NCBI GenBank assembly: GCA_947259115.1 | Contig: CAMYKS010000004.1 | Location: 66,810 to 130,809 of the forward strand | Source: an uncultured Desulfobulbaceae bacterium | GTDB taxonomy: Bacteria; Desulfobacterota; Desulfobulbia; Desulfobulbales; BM004 | Reading direction: 5' to 3' | DNA length: 64,000 nt | Shown here: piece after piece, positions 1-7,426 of the stretch | Layout: each line of letters starts with the position of its first letter | How positions within the stretch are numbered: the stretch's first letter is position 1 | Made by a program: the position numbers and the translations under genes | Notes under the pieces: generated by a model | Seen by the model: the letters and a program-made list of their open reading frames with translations, nothing else | The model's database searches: none | Told to the model about the DNA's origin: nothing

Positions 1-712
1 GGACCAGTATGGTCTGCTCCGCTACATGGAGCAATGTATACAATTCACTTTTCTGGTCCGCCAGATCACCAAAAAACAATACACCTGCCGGACATGCCTC
101 GGCGCAGGCGGTAGTAGTCTCCCCGTTCTGCAAGCGTCTGCGGTAACAAAAATCGCATTTGTCCACTGCCTGGAGCTCTCTGTTATAGTATCGGGCATTG
201 TAAGGGCATGCAGTCATACAGGCCTTGCATCCGATACATAACGACTCATTCATCATGATAATGCCATTCTTCTTATCTTTATAGGTAGCTTTTGTTGGAC
301 ATACGCGGACACATGGAGGCCTGTTGCATTGATTGCAGAGTACCGGGAGAAACTCCCGTATCATTTTACTGGCTGCAATGCCCGTTTTTCTGCGACTTAG
401 AATTGCGTTTCTGGACCCATAAGAAGGAACATTATTTGTTTGGGTGCATGCTTCAATACAAAGCTCACAGTCTATGCATCTATCGTTATATATTATCATT
501 GCATGATGGGGTTGATAGGGATAGGTCCCCACAACACTGGCGCCAAGCAGTTCACCTTTTGCTTTTTGGGCAGGAGTAAGTGTAAGAACTGATCCACCCA
601 CGAACACACCGGTGACTTTAAGTCCCAGACGCAGAAAACCTCTACGCTCCTCCAAGGAAACCTTTGTTGAGGTGTTGCCTTTTCCGTCATTATAGTTCTT
701 TATATTGCTCAT
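1..712 (-). CDS. Tat-exported 4Fe-4S ferredoxin-type iron-sulfur subunit (PsrB/NrfC/DmsB-like), 3' end runs off the window
   Basis: Manual translation from the ATG at 712 gives MSNIKNYNDGKGNTSTKVSLEERRGFLRLGLKV... with a twin-arginine motif. It contains several Cys clusters (CIDCELCIEAC, CNQCNRPPCVRVCP, CIGCKACMTACP, CDFCYRR...CAEACP). No stop occurs before position 1. It is absent from the ORF track because the ORF is open at the edge. Confidence 0.85.
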   Translation of the reverse strand, partial: MSNIKNYNDGKGNTSTKVSLEERRGFLRLGLKVTGVFVGGSVLTLTPAQKAKGELLGASVVGTYPYQPHHAMIIYNDRCIDCELCIEACTQTNNVPSYGSRNAILSRRKTGIAASKMIREFLPVLCNQCNRPPCVRVCPTKATYKDKKNGIIMMNESLCIGCKACMTACPYNARYYNRELQAVDKCDFCYRRRLQNGETTTACAEACPAGVLFFGDLADQKSELYTLLHVAEQTILV

Positions 713-1125
713 CATAAATTTGTAAGGAAATCATTTCCTGTCGCAGGGTTGCATACTATAAAGGTACTTAGATGCAGCGGTCAAGGCAATATTTCTAATC
801 ATTTTCGGTGCATAACCGTGACTTTCAGAACAAAAGCAAATATGTTCAGCCTCAAGTCCAGTAGCGGCATGAAAAAATATTATTCTTATTTCAAATTGAT
901 TGGATTCCATAAACAATATTTATCTTTTAGAATTGCCTCATAACAAAAAATGAATTAGCATTCACTCTTTTTCGTGATAAACGTTAAATTAAATATAATT
1001 TTGTATTTCTTATTGGTGCGAATAATTTTGAGTAGAGCCACGGATACGAACTAAATTATGCTCAATATTTATATAAACGATCAATAAAACCGCACATAAA
1101 AGATCCAACTCTTGCAAGGGAGATT

Positions 1126-2934
1126 TTGATGGACGCCCAACATGACCTGACTGATCGGATACTGATTGTTGATGATGAGGAGAGCTTACGCCTGACCTTT
1201 GAAATGCTGTTAAAAAGGGCCGGCTATGGATCTGTTACCGGGGTATCAAGCTTCGAGGAAGCCCTTGCTGCTGTTAAACGTGAAGACTTTGACCTGATCA
1301 TCAGCGATATCGTCCTCCAGGGTGCTTCAGGAATTGATCTTCTGCGGCAGATCAAGGAAATGGGCAAAACCTGTCCTGTGGTCATGATAACAGGGTACCC
1401 GAATATTGAAACAGCTGCTGAGGCAGTACGGCTCGGTGCTTTTGACTATGTACCCAAGCCTGTTAAAAAGGACGAACTGTTAAAAATAGTGGCCCTGGCC
1501 CTTGAAAAACAGGAACTGCAAAAAGAAAAAATCCGCTTTGAGGAACAACAGGAAAAAAATCGCTATCTGCAAGAGACAATCCTTGGTTCTGTCAGAGAGA
1601 TAATCATTACCATAGACACCCATCTCCGCATTGCCGACATGAACGATATGGCCCGCGACTGGGCCCGATCCTTCCTGCCTGAAATTGCCATCGGTGTTTC
1701 TCTTCCCACATTGACCAGTAAATTTGGCCGGGCATTGCTTGACGATGCGGAAAAGGTTCTCAAGCACCGGAATGAGATCAAACTCCATCGTATCGAATTG
1801 CAGAAATCGGATGGAACCTTTGGTGTTATGAGTGTCACAGCAGCGCCCCTCGAAGATAATAAGTCAACGTTTCTCGGTGTGGTAATCACTGCCCGTGATC
1901 TAACCCATCTGGAAGATCTTGATAAACGTGATCTGCGCTCGAAATTCCACCGTTTTGTTGGGAAAAGTCAGCCAATGCAGCGCATTTATGCCCTCATCGA
2001 AAGCGTCGGCAAGGTCGACACAACGGTCCTTATCACTGGTGAAAGCGGTACAGGAAAGGAACTTGTTGCTGATGCCCTGCATGAAGAAAGCCCACGCCAC
2101 AACCGCCCTTTGGTCAAGGTTGACTGCACGGCCATCCCTGAAGAACTTCTGGAAAGCGAGCTCTTTGGGCATAAAAAAGGATCCTTCACCGGTGCGGACA
2201 GGGACAGACTTGGAAGAATCCTGCAGGCGGACGGCGGCACCCTTTTTCTCGATGAAATAGGTGATATTTCTTCACGCATGCAGTTGCGGCTGCTGCGTTT
2301 TCTCCAGGAAAGAACATTTTATCCGGTTGGACAGGACCTGCCCATCCAGGTTGATGTAAGGGTTATCACGGCGACCAATGCCGATCTCAAAGAAAAAGTA
2401 CGCAGGGACCAGTTCCGGGAAGACCTTTACTTCAGGCTTCGGGTTGTTGATATTATCCTGCCGCCGTTGCGCGAACGCAAGGAGGACATTCCTCTCCTGG
2501 CCCAACACTTCCTCGCTGGTTTTGACAATAAGATGAAAAAAGGTGTTACCGGTTTTTCCGACTCTGTAATGGAACTGTTTATGAACCATTCCTGGCCGGG
2601 AAATATCCGAGAACTGGAGCATGTCGTTGAACGCGCCTACGTGCTCTGTCTGGGAGACACGTTAACAACGGATCACCTGCCTGCTGAAATATTGATTGCA
2701 GAAACACCTCAACTTCCAGGCCATGAACCTGCAGTTCATCACCATGATCCGCCCAAACCCATTTCACCTGTAATGGATTCAGAGGATGAGGTAGGGCAAA
2801 TTATTGAAGCCCTGCGCCGCACTGCGGGCAATAAGGCCAAGGCGGCCCGTTTACTCGGAGTAGACCGCAGCACATTGTACAGAAAAATATCGAGTTATAA
2901 TATTGACCTGTCCAATCTGGATATTTATGAGTAG
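1126..2934 (+). CDS. Sigma54-dependent response regulator (NtrC family: REC + PAS-like + AAA+ sigma54-interaction domain + Fis-type HTH)
   Basis: REC domain: ILIVDDEESLRL, DLIISDIVL. Walker A: GESGTGKE. Also ESELFGHKKGSFTGA (GAFTGA-type loop) and C-terminal HTH GNKAKAARLLGVDRSTLYRKI. Confidence 0.93.
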   Translation: MMDAQHDLTDRILIVDDEESLRLTFEMLLKRAGYGSVTGVSSFEEALAAVKREDFDLIISDIVLQGASGIDLLRQIKEMGKTCPVVMITGYPNIETAAEAVRLGAFDYVPKPVKKDELLKIVALALEKQELQKEKIRFEEQQEKNRYLQETILGSVREIIITIDTHLRIADMNDMARDWARSFLPEIAIGVSLPTLTSKFGRALLDDAEKVLKHRNEIKLHRIELQKSDGTFGVMSVTAAPLEDNKSTFLGVVITARDLTHLEDLDKRDLRSKFHRFVGKSQPMQRIYALIESVGKVDTTVLITGESGTGKELVADALHEESPRHNRPLVKVDCTAIPEELLESELFGHKKGSFTGADRDRLGRILQADGGTLFLDEIGDISSRMQLRLLRFLQERTFYPVGQDLPIQVDVRVITATNADLKEKVRRDQFREDLYFRLRVVDIILPPLRERKEDIPLLAQHFLAGFDNKMKKGVTGFSDSVMELFMNHSWPGNIRELEHVVERAYVLCLGDTLTTDHLPAEILIAETPQLPGHEPAVHHHDPPKPISPVMDSEDEVGQIIEALRRTAGNKAKAARLLGVDRSTLYRKISSYNIDLSNLDIYE

Positions 2935-3341
2935 CAGAGCGCTTCACTTATCGTATTAATAATTTCTCCTGCTTTACCTGTACAGCCTCCCACGGACTGC
3001 CACACTTTTTACTGCACATGGAGAGCCGCTCCATTATCAACTATCTAAAATTTTAATATTATTTGATTTATTGTCCTGTTGCATAATTGTTCCCCATAAA
3101 CAATTCCTTTAATAGCAATATTTCACTTTTTGATATTTTTACAGAATAGACATTCCAGGTCATGCACATGGGCACGTATATATAATAAATTACATATAAT
3201 GCTGAAATAATAACATAAAAGTTACTTTATCATGCTGTGCCGGGAAACATGCGTGCTTGATTTTCAATCCCGATGGAACGACAAGACAACTCCATTTCAC
3301 TTCTTACATAAAGTATTAATATTAAAAAGAATAATTACAAC

Positions 3342-3381
3342 TGCAACACATGTGTTGCAACACATGTGTTGCATGCAACAC
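3342..3381. promoter_or_regulatory. Putative enhancer (UAS) cluster 1: overlapping perfect palindromes built from TGCAACA(C) half-sites
   Basis: TGCAACACATGTGTTGCA (3342-3359, 18-bp perfect palindrome) and GTGTTGCATGCAACAC (3366-3381, 16-bp perfect palindrome). ACACATGTGTTGCA is tandemly duplicated. The cluster lies about 255 bp upstream of the sigma54 promoter at 3610. Confidence 0.6.
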
Positions 3382-3609
3382 TCCATGCGACAGGCATATA
3401 ATAAGCATTCTCAATTATGTTCCTGGTCAATTTTTCGAAGCATTGCAGTCCTCGGGAGAGAGTATCGGTACAAAAGTGTTCTCAAATCAGACCTATTAAC
3501 CATAACTACCTGTTATTAAATGAACAATTAAATTCACCATATACATTTTTATATTTTTTCAAAATCCAGCGCAATAATTAAACATGAAACCTGAAGCTAA
3601 ATATTTTTC

Positions 3610-3625
3610 TGGCATGGGATATGCA
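3610..3625 (+). promoter_or_regulatory. Sigma54 (-24/-12) promoter P1
   Basis: TGGCAT-GGGAT-ATGCA has the exact GG-N10-GC spacing of the TGGCAC-N5-TTGC consensus. It lies 74 nt upstream of the ATG at 3699. Confidence 0.7.
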
Positions 3626-3698
3626 TAACTCCAAAGCAAAGCATAAATTTAGAACGTAATTTAACAAAATTGCACTCGAACCACCAAGGAGACACACA

Positions 3699-3926
3699 AT
3701 GTACGATTCAATGAAACTCAGCCAGGAAAGAGTGGCAACATTTGACAGCACTGTGGAAGTTGCCGAACTCGAACTGGGAAATTCCAGATTGGGTTTAGGG
3801 ATTATCATGGTAATGGCTGCTTTCGTAGGTATCTGGGGAGTAGCATGTTTGGTAAATGGTTTGGCCAGTGCAGGGAGTTTCAGTGCAATCGGACGCAGCC
3901 TCATAACTGCCTTCACAGGAATGTAA
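3699..3926 (+). CDS. Small membrane protein, family A (75 aa), copy 1
   Basis: SD AAGGAGA lies 9 nt upstream. There is one predicted TM segment (LGLGIIMVMAAFVGIWGVACLVNGL). It is paralogous to 11083..11310 and, across the N-terminus and TM, to 10269..10448. Confidence 0.8.
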   Translation: MYDSMKLSQERVATFDSTVEVAELELGNSRLGLGIIMVMAAFVGIWGVACLVNGLASAGSFSAIGRSLITAFTGM

Positions 3927-3962
3927 TACGTATTTTATTATTTGAAATAAACGGGAATCGTC

Positions 3963-4271
3963 ATGGGCAAGAATACAATAAACGGCAAGAGAATAGCATG
4001 GCATGCTTCTATTTTTTGCGGCACAGTTATCAGCATTTGGTCTTCAGCAGCATTTCTCAGCGGCTTGGCCCAGGCCAACTGGCAATTGTCCGAACTCATA
4101 CGGCAGTACCTGGTTGCTGTTGGCCTGCTGCAGGAGTTCCACACCCTGTCCGACTTTTATACCCATATCAAGGGTGTTGAATATATTATTGCAGCCATGT
4201 TTCTTGGGGCCTTTCCTGCTTTCTATACCTATCTCAATCGTTCCAGAGGGGGAATTGGAGCAAAAACGTAA
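3963..4271 (+). CDS. Small membrane protein, family B (102 aa), copy 1
   Basis: Two hydrophobic segments flank the amphipathic stretch ANWQLSELIRQYL. Over the 84 aa that align without gaps (I17-N92) it is about 80% identical to 11354..11668, and many of the DNA differences are synonymous. Confidence 0.82.
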   Translation: MGKNTINGKRIAWHASIFCGTVISIWSSAAFLSGLAQANWQLSELIRQYLVAVGLLQEFHTLSDFYTHIKGVEYIIAAMFLGAFPAFYTYLNRSRGGIGAKT

Positions 4272-4412
4272 CCTTTGATCTGACATAGTTGCCTGGTTGT
4301 GTTGCAGTAAACTGCCAGGTATTTTTTTACCCAAAACTCAAGCTTTAGAAATAATTATTATAAACAATTTCAGTAATTTATAAAAAATTAACCCAAAGGA
4401 GGTAACAGAAAA

Positions 4413-4949
4413 ATGGAGCTAATCCAAAAATATCTACTGAGTTCACTCATGGCAATGCTTTTGTGCTTTTCTTCTTATGGCACCAATGCTTTAGCAGGTG
4501 AAGGGCCTGATGAGGTGGAAATCGATTCCCTGGCTCAGCTTTATGATCCAGTCTACTTTGACCATGCCATGCACGAAGAAGTTACTGAAAGTAAATGCTC
4601 AGTCTGCCATCACCATACTCTTGGCACTGAAATCGAAAATGAAAACTGCATGCGCTGCCACGCAGAAAGTGGTGCAACCGATGAAATCACCTGCCAGGGC
4701 TGCCATTCAAGCAAACGGTTTGATGCTGACTATCTGCATAAAATTGATGCTGACAATACTCTGTATCACCGCGACAAGGTGGGACTGAAAGCAGCTTATC
4801 ACATCCGCTGTATGAACTGTCATGAGGAAATGGGTGTGGCGAACGGTTGCCAGGATTGCCATACACGCACCGATGCAGGTGACAAGTTTTTCCATGCCGG
4901 AAGCTATACGCCTCCCAAAAGTGATAAACCGGTAGGTGGTGGACACTAA
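4413..4949 (+). CDS. Periplasmic multiheme cytochrome c (cytochrome c3-like, five CXXCH motifs)
   Basis: Signal peptide, SD AAAGGAGG, and the motifs CSVCH, CMRCH, CQGCH, CMNCH and CQDCH. A c3-like FDHAMH stretch precedes the first heme motif. Confidence 0.88.
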   Translation: MELIQKYLLSSLMAMLLCFSSYGTNALAGEGPDEVEIDSLAQLYDPVYFDHAMHEEVTESKCSVCHHHTLGTEIENENCMRCHAESGATDEITCQGCHSSKRFDADYLHKIDADNTLYHRDKVGLKAAYHIRCMNCHEEMGVANGCQDCHTRTDAGDKFFHAGSYTPPKSDKPVGGGH

Positions 4950-4998
4950 AGGCGGATTACATAAAGTACTTTTCAGCATATATAATAAGGAGAAGATA

Positions 4999-5907
4999 AT
5001 GAAAGCAATGAACCGAAGAAAATTCATGAAAGGCAGCCTACTCGGAGGAGCTGCCGCATCGGTAGTCGCCAAAAGCAAAAGTGCAGAAGCTTCTGCTTCT
5101 TTTGGCGGATATCCTGAAGCCATGGGCGTACTGGTCGACTTGACCCGCTGTGTCGGCTGCCGGAGCTGCGAAGCCGCATGCAACAAGGAGCAGGGCCTGC
5201 CGGCCCCGGCCCAGGCTTTTGACGATATGTCGGTCCTGGATCACGAGCGCAGAACCAGCGAAGGAGCATATACCGTTGTCAACCGCTACGAAATCCCGGG
5301 GCAGGACCACCCCCTCTTCCGCAAGATACAGTGCAATCACTGCAACGAGCCTGCATGTCTGACCTCATGCTTTGTCAATGCCTACACCAAGACGCCTGAA
5401 GGGGCAGTAATATATGACCCTACCGTTTGCGTGGGTTGCCGCACATGCATGGTTGCCTGTCCTTTTTATATCCCGGCTTACAGCTACTCCAGTGTTTTAA
5501 ACCCGGTTATTAAAAAATGTATATTCTGTTACGATACCAGGCTGAAGTTCGGTCGTCCTCCGGCCTGCGTCGAAGCATGTCCGCGTGAAGTTCTGACTTT
5601 TGGCAAACGCCAGGATCTTATCAAGATCGGCCATAAAAGGATTCAGAATTATCCTGACGTTTACGAAGATCATATCTACGGCGAAAATGAGGTCGGGGGA
5701 ACATCCTGGATGTATCTTTCAAATGCCCCCTTTGACCAGGTAGGCTTTGATACTGATCTCGGCAATCAGCCGATTCTCTCCTATGTCAAGGAGTTCCTGA
5801 CCGTGGTCCCCATGGTATTGACTATCTGGCCTGCACTTTTTGCCGGGTTTCACCTCCTGGCAACACGTAAGGATGCCAAGAATAAAGAAGAAAAAACTGA
5901 GATATAA
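4999..5907 (+). CDS. Tat-exported 4Fe-4S cluster protein (HybA/NrfC-like) with C-terminal membrane anchor
   Basis: Start chosen at MKAMNRRKFMKGSLLGG (Tat motif) with SD AAGGAGAAG, internal to track ORF 4936. Cys clusters: CVGCRSCEAAC, CNHCNEPAC, CVGCRTCMVACP, CIFC...CVEACP. The C-terminus is hydrophobic. Confidence 0.88.
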   Translation: MKAMNRRKFMKGSLLGGAAASVVAKSKSAEASASFGGYPEAMGVLVDLTRCVGCRSCEAACNKEQGLPAPAQAFDDMSVLDHERRTSEGAYTVVNRYEIPGQDHPLFRKIQCNHCNEPACLTSCFVNAYTKTPEGAVIYDPTVCVGCRTCMVACPFYIPAYSYSSVLNPVIKKCIFCYDTRLKFGRPPACVEACPREVLTFGKRQDLIKIGHKRIQNYPDVYEDHIYGENEVGGTSWMYLSNAPFDQVGFDTDLGNQPILSYVKEFLTVVPMVLTIWPALFAGFHLLATRKDAKNKEEKTEI

Positions 5908-5924
5908 TAGGAGGGATGGAGAGA

Positions 5925-7193
5925 ATGAAAACACTTATCGCAAATGGGAAAATTCCCGTGGCTACGCATTATAATACCGGAAAAAATGAAAAATTAACCA
6001 TCAAAGACAAACTACTCCTGGGGCTGAGCTTAAGTGAATACCTGGCCCAGGCATTCAGGAATCCGCTCAACTGGCTCTTTGCAGTTATATTCACCTTTGG
6101 CGGCTACGTTACTGTAAGCAGGTTCTTCTTCGGACTTGGCTATGTAACGCACAGCTCCTATGATTACCCCTGGGGTCTTTTTCTTGGCTGGGGTCTCTTT
6201 GTCATGGTTCCTCTCTCAGCTTCAGGATTCATGCTGGGCACTACAGTCGAAGTCTTCGGGCGCCATGATTTCAAACCCATTGAACGGCTGGCTTTGTTAA
6301 ACGGCCTGTTGGGATATTTATTCGCGGTTATTTTTCTGCAGGTCGATCTCGGTCAACCCTGGCGCTTAATCTACCCGATGTTTGTCTCCCTGGGACCTGC
6401 GGCGGTTCTGTTCCTGGTTGCCTGGCATGTTGCTACCTATCTTTCAGTGCAGGTAGCTGAACTGGTTCCGGCCTTTGCCGAATGGGCTGCTATGCCGAAA
6501 CTTAAAACAGCTGTCAAAAAGACTATCCTCGGGTTGACCATCGCAGGCATTATTCTGTCCACCCTGCATCAGGGTGCTTTAGGAGCCCTGTTCACCTATG
6601 CTCCGGGAAAGGTCCATCCGTTATGGTACTCTTCACCGTTTCAATGGTTCCATTTCTTCTGTTCATCGATTTTTGCCGGTCTTTCCATGCTTATCGTCGT
6701 AAGCACGATCTGCAAAAAAACCATGGCCTGGCGCTGTGACAAAAGCTTCCTGGAGAGCCTGGACCGCCTCACCCTGGGACTGGCCAAGGGTGCCACCCTG
6801 GCATTAATCACCTATCTGGTTATCAAGATAATCGCCATTGCCCATGACGGCGACTGGGGCTACCTGGCAAGCGGCTGGGGCCAGTGGTTCATGCTGGAAA
6901 TGGTTGCGGGCGTTATCCTGCCCATGGTGCTCTTTACAATTTCCATCAGGAACAACATGCCAGGCCTGGCTCGATTTGCAGCTCTAATTGCGGTTCTCGG
7001 CATCGCCTTAAACCGTCTTAATACAGCTCTTATTACATTTAACTGGAAGCTTTATCAGGAAATACCGCACTGGCGGGAAGTAATGATCTGTATCTTCATC
7101 TACTCACTCTACATTGTAACCTACAGATTCATCCTGTATCGCTTACCCATCCTCTATAGCTGGAAAAAGGATGAAGATACGGCAAGTTCATAA
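5925..7193 (+). CDS. NrfD/PsrC/HmcC-family integral membrane quinone-interacting subunit
   Basis: About 420 aa polytopic membrane protein immediately after the FeS subunit. Start moved to the ATG at 5925 because the SD AGGAGGG abuts the ATG at 5916. Confidence 0.8.
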   Translation: MKTLIANGKIPVATHYNTGKNEKLTIKDKLLLGLSLSEYLAQAFRNPLNWLFAVIFTFGGYVTVSRFFFGLGYVTHSSYDYPWGLFLGWGLFVMVPLSASGFMLGTTVEVFGRHDFKPIERLALLNGLLGYLFAVIFLQVDLGQPWRLIYPMFVSLGPAAVLFLVAWHVATYLSVQVAELVPAFAEWAAMPKLKTAVKKTILGLTIAGIILSTLHQGALGALFTYAPGKVHPLWYSSPFQWFHFFCSSIFAGLSMLIVVSTICKKTMAWRCDKSFLESLDRLTLGLAKGATLALITYLVIKIIAIAHDGDWGYLASGWGQWFMLEMVAGVILPMVLFTISIRNNMPGLARFAALIAVLGIALNRLNTALITFNWKLYQEIPHWREVMICIFIYSLYIVTYRFILYRLPILYSWKKDEDTASS

Positions 7194-7207
7194 AAGCTCT
7201 CTTCCTT

Positions 7208-7253
7208 GTGCAACAGGGGTGTATGGAAATCCCAAACCACACCCCTGTTGCAC
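7208..7253. repeat. Perfect 15-bp inverted repeat (hairpin) carrying the TGCAACA/TGTTGCA half-sites
   Basis: GTGCAACAGGGGTGT (7208-7222) pairs with ACACCCCTGTTGCAC (7239-7253) across a 16-nt loop, with no downstream T-run. It sits between the NrfD-like gene and kinase HK1. Confidence 0.7.
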
Positions 7254-7426
7254 CTGGCTGCCCAATGCAGCCGATCGTCCAAGACCACAAAAAACAACTT
7301 TACCTGCTATGTACACAAACAGACGAAGCGATGGTTACAGACAAGTCATTAAGAACGGATCTGTATGCTTTTGTCTTTGCATGGGTACCGGTTGGGGAAC
7401 ATTTGTAAGACGCACTAATTCCCAGG

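Noticed and set aside
731-943. 61-aa (minus) and 64-aa (plus) ORFs between the edge FeS gene and the EBP gene
   Set aside because: They are mutually overlapping, have no convincing SD, and contain no recognisable motif. The minus-strand ORF could be a small gene upstream of the FeS subunit, but I cannot support it.
3232-3519. 95-aa plus-strand ORF in the EBP/cassette-1 intergenic region
   Set aside because: It is laid over the tandem palindromes (its peptide reads ...ATHVLQHMCCMQHS...). It has no SD, lies upstream of the sigma54 promoter, and has no counterpart in the two paralogous upstream regions.
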